Positions 29,760 through 38,659 of a stretch of DNA of 64,000 nt are shown piece after piece (position 1 is the stretch's first letter; each line of letters starts with the position of its first letter). A program made the translations under genes and the position numbers. The notes under the pieces were generated by a model. The model was not told the origin of the DNA. It was given only the letters and a program-made list of their open reading frames with translations, and did not search any database. Origin of the DNA: Promethearchaeia archaeon (GTDB taxonomy: Archaea > Asgardarchaeota > Lokiarchaeia > Sigyniarchaeales > SOKP01); the NCBI GenBank assembly GCA_029856045.1, contig JAHQWG010000046.1, positions 1 to 64,000 on the forward strand, given 5' to 3'.

Positions 29760-30320
29760 TTAAAAAAATATAAGATATCTCGGCACTTTTTTTTTATATT
29801 CTAAATAAGACTCCCCATATTGCTCTTTAAGCCTTTTTTCTTCTCCCAATATACCAAAATGCGCACACGTAACAGAAATCATAAGAATAATTATTGATAG
29901 CCATGATCCTATCATAAAACAGAGCCCTAAAAACATAATATCTAAAGAGAGTTGCTGAGGATTACGAGAAACTTTATATAATCCCGTAGTAATTGGTTTC
30001 CCAAGAGGAACCCTTTTAAAATTGTATATTGCGACGTGCAATAAAACTTGGCTTATTGAGAATAATATCACTCCAATTATAAATTCAATAGCCCCAATTT
30101 TTAATGGTGTGAGAAATATTAATATGATATTAACAAGTCCAAAAATTTTCCCAGAAACAGTAAAAATTATTTGTTTTCTCATCCAATCTGATCTATCGAA
30201 GAGTCTTTTAACAACTTCTTTTGGACACAATTTTAAGTGAATCATCTGTAACATTACATGTAAAATAAAAAATAACCATCCATTTAAAAAACCTATTTGA
30301 AGGATAGGAAAAAATTCCAT
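29760..30320 (-). CDS. ICMT/PEMT-family membrane methyltransferase
   Basis: ITTGLYKVSRNPQ, EEKRLKEQYGESYLEYKKKVPRY. Confidence 0.85.
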   Translation of the reverse strand: MEFFPILQIGFLNGWLFFILHVMLQMIHLKLCPKEVVKRLFDRSDWMRKQIIFTVSGKIFGLVNIILIFLTPLKIGAIEFIIGVILFSISQVLLHVAIYNFKRVPLGKPITTGLYKVSRNPQQLSLDIMFLGLCFMIGSWLSIIILMISVTCAHFGILGEEKRLKEQYGESYLEYKKKVPRYLIFF

Positions 30321-30704
30321 TATAATAAAACCTTATTAATCTTATTTAATATATAAAGACAAAAAATATTGCTCAGCAATATCTTTTATTTAATCTAATT
30401 TATTAAATATCTTTTAAATTATTTAAATATTTAGACTCAACTAATTTGTTTAAAATAAAATTAAAGGATATAGGCCTTAAATATAATTCTATTAAAATAT
30501 GAGATTAAATTTCTAATTATTATATTAAAAATATGAGAATTATCCAAAAAGATTAAAGAAAATGAATTATGTTTTTTCCAGTTTATTTTTAAAAATTTCC
30601 AATTTATTCTTAAAAGTTGCTAAAATCTTTAAGATCCCTAATTTCTGAGATTTTATTATTAATTTATACTTTATTCAATTTTGAATTATACAAAGATATA
30701 AATC

Positions 30705-31597
30705 GATTTATACAAATGTATAAACTTGTGAAAAATGATAAAAACCCATTTTAAAGAGTCAAAAATAAATAAATTTACCTAAATCCTCTTCAATTAAATA
30801 ACTACGATTTTTGCCCGGCGGAAGCTTATTATACGCCAAATACAAGGTTGTTAATCCGTGCAAATTCTTAAGCCCCTTTATTTCAGTAATTTGATTACCG
30901 GCTAATAATATTTCTCTTATGCTCTTGAGCTCGCTTAACCCTTCCATTTCGGTAATTTGATTGCCTGAAAGTTCCAACTCCCACAAACTCTTCAGATTAT
31001 CAAGACCTTCAATCTTTGAAATCCGGTTGTCAAAAAGATTTAATTGTATTAGATTTTCTAAAGAGTCCAGCCCTTTAATCTCGGTAATTTGGTTTCCGCT
31101 GAGATCTAAATTTGTTAAATTTTTTAGGTTATCTAGCCCTTTAATCTCGGTAATCTGGTTACCGCCAAGATGTAAAACCCTCAGATTGGTGAGAGCATCA
31201 AGCCCCTCAATCTCGGTAATTTTATTTACTGAAAGGTTCAGCTTTCTTAAATTCCCTAGATTTTCCAGTCCCGTAATTTTAGTTATAGAATTGCCAGTTA
31301 ATTGTAAATAGTTGAGGTTTTTTAAAGAATTCAGCTCCTCTATAGATTCTATTCGATCAGAAGCCAGCCATAATTCTTCAAGACTTTCCAACTCGGCCAG
31401 ACCCTTTATTTTCGAAATGTTCCTAATCCGCTCCCTCGATATTGCCAGTTCACGACCGTTTCTTTTGGTCATAAATCGTTTTCCATTTACAATAACAAAT
31501 TGCTCATTTTGCTCTATACTTTTCAAATTTTTCTCACTAAGATATAATATATTATTTCCCAAATATAAATAATTAAAGACAGAGAGATTATTGATGT
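30705..31597. repeat. Duplicated LRR gene with flanks, copy 1 (copy 2 at 33575..34462)
   Basis: GATTTATACAAATGTATAAACTTGTGAAAAATGATA...AAATTTACCTAAATCCTCTTCAATTAAATA at both loci, offset 2870; upstream flanks also match. Confidence 0.9.
30759..31562 (-). CDS. Leucine-rich repeat protein, SDS22-like (copy 1; start uncertain)
   Basis: 22-aa repeats LxxLxLxxNxITEIKGLxxLxN. Confidence 0.9.
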   Translation of the reverse strand: MGNNILYLSEKNLKSIEQNEQFVIVNGKRFMTKRNGRELAISRERIRNISKIKGLAELESLEELWLASDRIESIEELNSLKNLNYLQLTGNSITKITGLENLGNLRKLNLSVNKITEIEGLDALTNLRVLHLGGNQITEIKGLDNLKNLTNLDLSGNQITEIKGLDSLENLIQLNLFDNRISKIEGLDNLKSLWELELSGNQITEMEGLSELKSIREILLAGNQITEIKGLKNLHGLTTLYLAYNKLPPGKNRSYLIEEDLGKFIYF

Positions 31598-31611
31598 TTA
31601 AATTCCAATAT

Positions 31612-31702
31612 ACACACCTATTTAATATTAATATTAGAATAAAATAATGATTTTTAAAGAAAATATAATGAACTATACCTTATTTATATTTCAAAACATA
31701 AG
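31612..31702. repeat. ~91-bp direct repeat, copy 2
   Basis: Near-identical to 27374..27464. Confidence 0.9.
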
Positions 31703-31798
31703 ACTCATTTTTAGAAAACTTAAACTTTAAAAAATAACATGTTGATTTATAATAATACAATTTAATTAAATTGTTAAAATCAATAAGTGATGAAATAA

Positions 31799-33517
31799 AT
31801 GAGTGAAAAACAGTTTTGGCGTAAAAGTTGGGATCCAGGCGTAACTGATTTAGACCCAAAAGTCTGGGAAATTTCATACCCTGAAGCCATTAGACCAGTT
31901 TTCGAACTTTACCCTAATCAATTAGCCTTAGAATTTTTAGGCATAGAAATAACATTTAAAGAATTAGATGAATATTCAAATCAATTTGCTAATATGCTCA
32001 TTGAACATGGTTTTAAAGTAGGTGATATCGTCGGACTTAATCTAGTGAATACTCCGCAATATGTTATAGCATGGCTTGGAACATTGAAGGCGGGTTGTGT
32101 TGTCTCAGGAGTAAGCCCTTTATTATCATCGGAACAGATGGAGTACCAAATTAATGATTTAGGTTCAGCAGGGAATAAAGTTGCATTAGTCACTCTTGAT
32201 GCTATTTTTGAACATCGTTTAAAGCCAATTTCTTCTAAACTGCCACAATTGGAATTAGTAATAGCAACAAACGTAGCAGATTTCTTACCAAAAATCAAAC
32301 AAGTCTTAGGAAAATTATTGAAAAAGGTTCCAAAAGGTAAGGTGACGCCTCTTGAAGGTAAAAAAGTCATCAATTTTATGGATGTCCTAGATACTTACTC
32401 CACAGAATTGCCTGACGTTAAAATAACTCCAGATGACTTAGCTTACATCCAATATACCGGAGGAACTACGGGTCCTCCTAAAGGTGCTATGTTAACTTAT
32501 CGTAGCTCTATGGCTGATTTATTAATCGTTCAGCACTGGCTCAACTGGGATGATACGAGAGGTACAGGCATTGCCGTGTCAGGATTCCCTTTCTTTCATA
32601 TAGCGGGCTTATTTTTTTGCTTGAATTGCGTCTATCTTGGCTGGACTCAACTATTGATACCAAATCCAAGAGATACAAATCACATATGCAAAGTTATTGA
32701 AAAATATAAGCCAACTGCCTATGTAAATGTGCCTTCCTTGTATCAAATTTTATTAAAAAATCCAAAATTTAAACAGTTAGATCATTCAAATTGCGAAGCT
32801 TGTATTTCCGCTGCTGCTCCATTTCCAGTTGAAAGCCAAAAAGAATTTGAATCAATAGTTGGGAAAGGTAAATTAATTGAGGCATATGGAATGACAGAAT
32901 GCTCGCCTTTAACAACAATGAATCCCTCAAAAGGTAAGAAAAAGTTAGGATCAATTGGTTTACCTTACCAGAATTTGGATCTTAAATTGGTGGATCCATC
33001 TACAGGAAAAGAAGTGCCTTTAGGTGAGCCAGGAGAGATTCTTGTAAAAGGACCTATGGTGATGAAAGGATATTTAAACAAACCTGAAGAAACTAAAAAA
33101 GCAATTGATTCTGATGGGTACATACACACCGGGGATGTTGCAGTCTTCGATGAAGAGGGATATCTAAGGATTGTGGACAGAACTAAAGACATGATAATTG
33201 TAGGTGGGTTTAAAGTATTTAGTACTAAGTTAGAGGATACATTGATGAAACATCCAGCTATTGGAATGATCGCTACGATTGGTATTCCGAATCCTGAACG
33301 ACCAGGTTCCGAATTAGTTAAAGCCTATATACAACTTGACCCTGATTATCCATATGATGGCAATGAAGAAAAATTAAAGGAAGATATTACCAAATTTGCG
33401 AAGGAAAAATGTGCCCCTTATGAAGTCCCAAAAATTATAGAAATCTCCGAGGAATTGCCACTTACAGTTATTGGTAAGGTAGATAAAAAGCGATTGCGAA
33501 AAGAAGTAAAAGGATAA
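31799..33517 (+). CDS. Long-chain fatty acid-CoA ligase
   Basis: QYTGGTTGPPKG, YGMTE, HTGD, GKVDKK. Confidence 0.92.
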   Translation: MSEKQFWRKSWDPGVTDLDPKVWEISYPEAIRPVFELYPNQLALEFLGIEITFKELDEYSNQFANMLIEHGFKVGDIVGLNLVNTPQYVIAWLGTLKAGCVVSGVSPLLSSEQMEYQINDLGSAGNKVALVTLDAIFEHRLKPISSKLPQLELVIATNVADFLPKIKQVLGKLLKKVPKGKVTPLEGKKVINFMDVLDTYSTELPDVKITPDDLAYIQYTGGTTGPPKGAMLTYRSSMADLLIVQHWLNWDDTRGTGIAVSGFPFFHIAGLFFCLNCVYLGWTQLLIPNPRDTNHICKVIEKYKPTAYVNVPSLYQILLKNPKFKQLDHSNCEACISAAAPFPVESQKEFESIVGKGKLIEAYGMTECSPLTTMNPSKGKKKLGSIGLPYQNLDLKLVDPSTGKEVPLGEPGEILVKGPMVMKGYLNKPEETKKAIDSDGYIHTGDVAVFDEEGYLRIVDRTKDMIIVGGFKVFSTKLEDTLMKHPAIGMIATIGIPNPERPGSELVKAYIQLDPDYPYDGNEEKLKEDITKFAKEKCAPYEVPKIIEISEELPLTVIGKVDKKRLRKEVKG

Positions 33518-33574
33518 AAATAAAATATTAAATTATTTTTTCAAATATTCTTTTTTTTATTTTTATTGGTAATT

Positions 33575-34462
33575 GATTTATACAAATGTATAAACTTGTG
33601 AAAAATGATAGAAACCCATTTTAAAGAGTCAAAAATAAATAAATTTACCTAAATCCTCTTCAATTAAATAAATACGATTTTCTTCTCGCGGAAGCTTATT
33701 ATACATCAATCCCAAGGTTGTTAATCCGTGCAAATTCTTAAGCCCCTTTATTTCAGTAATTTGGTTATGGGTTAGTATTATTTCTCTTATGCTCTTGAGC
33801 TCGCTTAACCCTTCCATTTCGGTAATTTGATTGCCTGAAAGATCTAACTCCCATAAATTCTTCAGATTATCAAGCCCTTCAATCTTAGAAATTCGGTTGT
33901 CAGAAAGATTTAACACATCCAGATTTTTTAAAGAGTTCAGTCCCTTAATCTCGGTAATCTGGTTGCCGTCAAGGTATAGGTTCTCCAATTTTCTGAGAGC
34001 GTCAAGCCCTTTAATCTCGGTAATTCGGTTGTTGCCAAGGTTTAAAATCTTTAAATTGGTGAGAGAATCCAGCCCATCAATCTCGGTAATTCTATTTGAG
34101 ACCCACAAATATGTTAAATTTTGAAGGTGTTCCAGCCCCGTGATTCTTGTCACAGGATTGCCCGTTAATCGTAAAGATTTAAGATTTCTTAAAGAATCCA
34201 GCCCCTCAATAACTTTTATCTCATCAGAATTCAACAATAACTCTTCAAGATTTTCTAATTCAGTCAGACCCTTTATCTTCGAGGTGCTCGTAATCCGTTG
34301 ATCCGATATTGCCAATTTGCGACCGTTTTTCTTGGTCATGAATCGTTTTCCATTTACAATAACAAATTGTTCGGAGCTCATGTTTTGCAAATTCATCTCA
34401 CTATATATATAATATATTATTTCACAAATATAAATAATTTAAGACAGAAAGATTACTGATGT
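33575..34462. repeat. Duplicated LRR gene with flanks, copy 2
   Basis: Matches 30705..31597. Confidence 0.9.
33629..34396 (-). CDS. Leucine-rich repeat protein, SDS22-like (copy 2)
   Basis: 22-aa LRRs; C-terminus YLIEEDLGKFIYF identical to copy 1. Confidence 0.9.
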   Translation of the reverse strand: MNLQNMSSEQFVIVNGKRFMTKKNGRKLAISDQRITSTSKIKGLTELENLEELLLNSDEIKVIEGLDSLRNLKSLRLTGNPVTRITGLEHLQNLTYLWVSNRITEIDGLDSLTNLKILNLGNNRITEIKGLDALRKLENLYLDGNQITEIKGLNSLKNLDVLNLSDNRISKIEGLDNLKNLWELDLSGNQITEMEGLSELKSIREIILTHNQITEIKGLKNLHGLTTLGLMYNKLPREENRIYLIEEDLGKFIYF

Positions 34463-34767
34463 AATATTTATTGAGCCTAGTCTTCGTCTTCGCGTTCGGA
34501 TAAATATAAATACCCTCCAACCCACGGGATATGGAGCATATCGCAAGATTTTTTTCTCTTTTACAATTTTTCAGTCTTTCCTCAATTGTATAATCTTTAT
34601 TAATTAATATCTTTTATGTGTTGTTTGAACACAAGATAGTGAGATTTGGATATTTTAAATGAAATATATCGTGAAAAATTAGTCCTAATATTGCAAATAT
34701 AAAGATTTATAAAATAATTAGATGCAATAATATTATACAAAAATTTAATAAAAAATATTATACAAAA

Positions 34768-36501
34768 GTGTTAAAGATGTCAGAAACTTATAAATCGAGA
34801 TTTTGGAAGAAAAATTGGGATCCCGGTATGGAAGATATAGACCCCAAAGAATTTGAGACGACTTTTGTTGCTATGATGAAAACAGCATTTGATGATTATC
34901 CAGATAACATTGCTTTAGGGTTTTTGGGAGTAGACATAACTTTCAGAGAGTTGGATAAATATACTAATCAATTTGCCAACATGCTAATTGAGAATGGCTT
35001 TAAAAAAGGTGATGTTGTTGGTATATGTTTACCAAATACACCAGAATATATAATAAGTTTACTTGGAACATTGAAAGCAGGGTGTATCGTTTCTGGAGTA
35101 TCTCCGCTTCTTTCAGCGGCACAAATACAATATCAACTAAATGATTTAGGATCGGGTGGAAAAAAAGTAGCACTTGTCACGCTAGACGCCATATTCGCTG
35201 GGCATATAGTCAAGATTGCCTCAAAAATACCGCAACTGAAATTAATTATAACAACAAGTGTGGCTGGTTTTTTACCAAAAATTAAACAGGTTTTAGGAAA
35301 ATTGCTTGGTAAGGTACCTAAAGGTAAAGTAACTCCTTTACCTGAAAAGATTGTTATTGGTATGCACAAAGATGTTCTAATGAATTATTCTATTGATCCA
35401 ATACATGTTAAATTAACTCCTGATGATATAGGTTGGATTCAATATACAGGTGGGACAACGGGTCCTCCAAAAGGAGCTATTTTAACTCATAGAAATTGCG
35501 CTTCGAATATTTTATGCATTATACGATGGCTAGATTGGGAGTTGGGAAAAGGTGTCCTATTAAGTGGTTTTCCAATGTTCCATATTGCCGGTCTTACAGT
35601 TGCTGAAGGTGCGCTGTGTTATGGTTTTGGTCAAGTATTAATTCCAAATCCAAGAGACACAGATCATATAGTAAAAGAAATGGGTAAGTATAAACCAACC
35701 AACTTAGTAAATGTGCCTTCTTTATTTCAGATGTTAATTAAAAATCCGAAATTTAAAGAAATTGACCATTCAGCTTTAGGAACCTGTATATCTGCCGCTG
35801 CTCCCTTTCCTGCCGCTAGTGCGGAAGAACTAGAAAGCGTCATAGGAAAAGGAAAGCTGCTTGAGCTTTATGGTATGACTGAAACTTCACCAGTTTCAAC
35901 TATGAATCCTTCTAAAGGTAATAAGAAATTGGGGACAGTTGGAATGCCGTTTTTAAATGTAGACTTAAAGCTGGTGGATCCGGCAACTGGAGAGGAAGTT
36001 CCTTTGGGAGAACCTGGCGAAATTTGTGTTAAAGGTCCTTTAGTAATGCAAGGTTATTACAACAAACCAGAAGAGACTAAAAAAGCAATTGACAAAGATC
36101 AATATATGCATACGGGGGATGTTGGATTAATGGATACGGATGGTTATATTAGGATTGTTGATCGTACGAAAGATATGATCATTGTGGGCGGCTTTAAAGT
36201 ATTTTCTAGCAAAGTTGAGGACATATTAGTTAAACATCCAGCAATCAATACTCTTGCGTTAATTGGAATGTCCAATCCGGAGCGACCCGGTTCAGAGATA
36301 GTAAAAGCATTTATTCAACTCAACCCTGATTATACATATGATGGCAATGAAGAAGCATTGAAGGAAGATATTACGAAATTTGCAAAAGAAAAATTAAGTC
36401 CCTATGAGGTCCCAAAAGTTATTGAGATTTCCAAGGAATTACCACTTACAGTTATTGGAAAGGTAGATAAAAAGCGATTGCGAAAAGAAGCAAAAGAATA
36501 G
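34768..36501 (+). CDS. Long-chain fatty acid-CoA ligase (close paralog of 31799..33517)
   Basis: QYTGGTTGPPKG, YGMTE, ELPLTVIGKVDKKRLRKE. Confidence 0.92.
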   Translation: MLKMSETYKSRFWKKNWDPGMEDIDPKEFETTFVAMMKTAFDDYPDNIALGFLGVDITFRELDKYTNQFANMLIENGFKKGDVVGICLPNTPEYIISLLGTLKAGCIVSGVSPLLSAAQIQYQLNDLGSGGKKVALVTLDAIFAGHIVKIASKIPQLKLIITTSVAGFLPKIKQVLGKLLGKVPKGKVTPLPEKIVIGMHKDVLMNYSIDPIHVKLTPDDIGWIQYTGGTTGPPKGAILTHRNCASNILCIIRWLDWELGKGVLLSGFPMFHIAGLTVAEGALCYGFGQVLIPNPRDTDHIVKEMGKYKPTNLVNVPSLFQMLIKNPKFKEIDHSALGTCISAAAPFPAASAEELESVIGKGKLLELYGMTETSPVSTMNPSKGNKKLGTVGMPFLNVDLKLVDPATGEEVPLGEPGEICVKGPLVMQGYYNKPEETKKAIDKDQYMHTGDVGLMDTDGYIRIVDRTKDMIIVGGFKVFSSKVEDILVKHPAINTLALIGMSNPERPGSEIVKAFIQLNPDYTYDGNEEALKEDITKFAKEKLSPYEVPKVIEISKELPLTVIGKVDKKRLRKEAKE

Positions 36502-36578
36502 AAAATATAAAATTTAATTATTTTTCAAAAAATTTTTTTTTTATTATTACCAAATTTTAATCAAAAATAGGTTTCACT

Positions 36579-37463
36579 CTATTTTATTTTCTCCAAGAGG
36601 TTTTCTGTATTGTTATATAAAATATCTTGTTTTTGTTCATTAGAGATTGGTAGAGTTAATATCTTATCGATTTCGATTTGAATTGGGGATGTTATGGGTG
36701 CGTCAGAGCCAAATAGAAGTCGTTTATGACCGACTGTTCGAATTAAACTTAATATTGCAAAACTGACTGAACATGAAGTTTCAAAAAAGATATTTCTATA
36801 TTGTTTTAAGCTTATACCTACATCTATAGCATATTCCATGCAAAATCCGGCATGCCCAACGATAATTCTTAAATTTGGAAATTGTTTTGCAAGTTTTGCC
36901 ATATCCCTAGTGGATATTCCGCTAAAAAAGGGTGTTTTGGGAGTGGAGTGAATATAAAAGATCAATTTTTTATCATATTCTTGCATAAATGAAACTAATT
37001 TAATTATATCTTTAGGGATCTTTATTAAGTGAATACCTGAATGTATTTTTACGCCACAAAACCCTTTTTTAAAATGGTCTTCTAAAATTTTATAATCGGT
37101 GTCTTCTTCTTTAGGTTGAATTTTTGGATTGAACCAAAATACTTTAAAAAATCTCTCTGGAGCTTTCTTAGCAATGTCTATAATATCTTGATGATCTAAT
37201 TGACCTCCCTCTGCAAGACTTTTGCGAAATTCAAGCATCTTCTCGAGTTTTTGTTCTTCATTTAATTCGTTTGATTCACTATCAGCTAATTTTAAGTGAG
37301 CTGTTGGTCTAGCTCTCCTATTAGTTGTTGTGATTAATGCTTTTTCCACTTGAAATCGATCCATATATTCAATTATATCCTTGCTAGGTTTCATAAATGT
37401 TCCGTAGCTATGGAGGTGTGCATCAAATATTTTAAAAGATGTGGGATTTATCAAATAATACAA
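36579..37463 (-). CDS. Amidohydrolase superfamily TIM-barrel protein
   Basis: DAHLH, GVKIH, IH, GHAG, LLFGSD. Confidence 0.85.
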   Translation of the reverse strand: MYYLINPTSFKIFDAHLHSYGTFMKPSKDIIEYMDRFQVEKALITTTNRRARPTAHLKLADSESNELNEEQKLEKMLEFRKSLAEGGQLDHQDIIDIAKKAPERFFKVFWFNPKIQPKEEDTDYKILEDHFKKGFCGVKIHSGIHLIKIPKDIIKLVSFMQEYDKKLIFYIHSTPKTPFFSGISTRDMAKLAKQFPNLRIIVGHAGFCMEYAIDVGISLKQYRNIFFETSCSVSFAILSLIRTVGHKRLLFGSDAPITSPIQIEIDKILTLPISNEQKQDILYNNTENLLEKIK

Positions 37464-37602
37464 CTTTTTTCTTAGATGGTATTATTTCTTAAAAATTAGC
37501 CTAGTTAATTAAATTTTTTGAACAATTAAGGAGATTTGAAAATTTAAGTTTTAATTAATTTTTTTTATTAATAAGTTTTTTATTTTAAATAGAAATTAAT
37601 CA

Positions 37603-38592
37603 GTGAAAAGTATGAATGACGTTAAGTATAAGATAATCGATTCTTTGTGTTATGTCCCAACTGAAGAAGTTTTTGTTGATCTTTTAGTGTCATTGCCACC
37701 TCAGATGGCAAGATATTTAAGAGATGTTTTTGGTCCAAGGGTTGCTCCTTTGTTGGGTATTTCAGCTGAAGAACTCTACAATTTGAAGACATCAAAGAAT
37801 GCATTTGAACTTAAAAACGCCCTTAAGCCTTATTTACCGAAAATAAGGAAATTAACTTCAACTTTAAATGATTTTGTCGTGCAGCTCGATAAAATGGGAG
37901 TTGAAAAAGCGGTTATTTTTAATCTAGATGAAGAAACACCAAGTGGAATTGCTGGTCTTCCTAATGATTATTATGCTGGGATTGTTAAAGAGTATCCAAA
38001 TAAATTCATTGGATTTGCTGGTATTGATCCTTTAAAAGGAATGGATGCTGTAAGAGAGATTAAAAGATCTTATGATTTGGGTCTTAGAGGTGTGGCTGTT
38101 CGGCCATTTATGTTCCAAATACCACCGACTCATGCGAAAATGTATCCAATTTATTCTACATGCGTAGAGCTTGATATACCTATTTGGTTTCATCTTTCTA
38201 TAAATTTTTCGACTAATTCGATGGAAGTTGAGAGACCAATCTATTTAGATATAGTTTGTCAGGATTTTCCTGAATTAAAAATTATTGCAGGACATGGTGG
38301 TTGGCCTTGGGTGAATGAACTGGTTGCCGTTGCATGGCGCAATCCAAATATGTATATTGACATTGCTTCTTACGTTCCTAAGTATCTAGGAATGAAAGGG
38401 ACGGGATGGGAACCACTTATTAATTTAGGAAATTCAATTCTACAAGATAAAATTTTGTTTGGTTCAACTTGGCTTTTTATGGGCTTATCAATTAAACAGT
38501 TAGCGGATGGTGTTATGGAATTACCTCTAAAGGAAGAGGTTAAAAAGAAATGGTTATATAGCAATGCTGCGAAACTTTTAGGCATTGAGTAA
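37603..38592 (+). CDS. Amidohydrolase_2 family protein
   Basis: FIGFAGIDP, PIWFH, IAGHGGWPW, KILFGS; the N-terminal HxH is absent (DSLCY). Confidence 0.85.
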   Translation: MKSMNDVKYKIIDSLCYVPTEEVFVDLLVSLPPQMARYLRDVFGPRVAPLLGISAEELYNLKTSKNAFELKNALKPYLPKIRKLTSTLNDFVVQLDKMGVEKAVIFNLDEETPSGIAGLPNDYYAGIVKEYPNKFIGFAGIDPLKGMDAVREIKRSYDLGLRGVAVRPFMFQIPPTHAKMYPIYSTCVELDIPIWFHLSINFSTNSMEVERPIYLDIVCQDFPELKIIAGHGGWPWVNELVAVAWRNPNMYIDIASYVPKYLGMKGTGWEPLINLGNSILQDKILFGSTWLFMGLSIKQLADGVMELPLKEEVKKKWLYSNAAKLLGIE

Positions 38593-38659
38593 TAGATTCT
38601 TTTAAAATTTTTTTAAAAAAATAAAAATTAATAATAAAAAAATCAATTTAGAGTTTATT

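Noticed and set aside
30840-34260. 66-bp periodic repeats (…CCCTTTAATCTCGGTAAT…) that superficially resemble a CRISPR array
   Set aside because: They are the coding 22-aa LRR units; the intervening sequences are homologous and no cas genes are present
34468-34550. GC-richer patch between LRR copy 2 and the ligase; considered as an ncRNA, SECIS or IS remnant
   Set aside because: No convincing long stem, terminal repeats, transposase motif or nearby in-frame TGA gene
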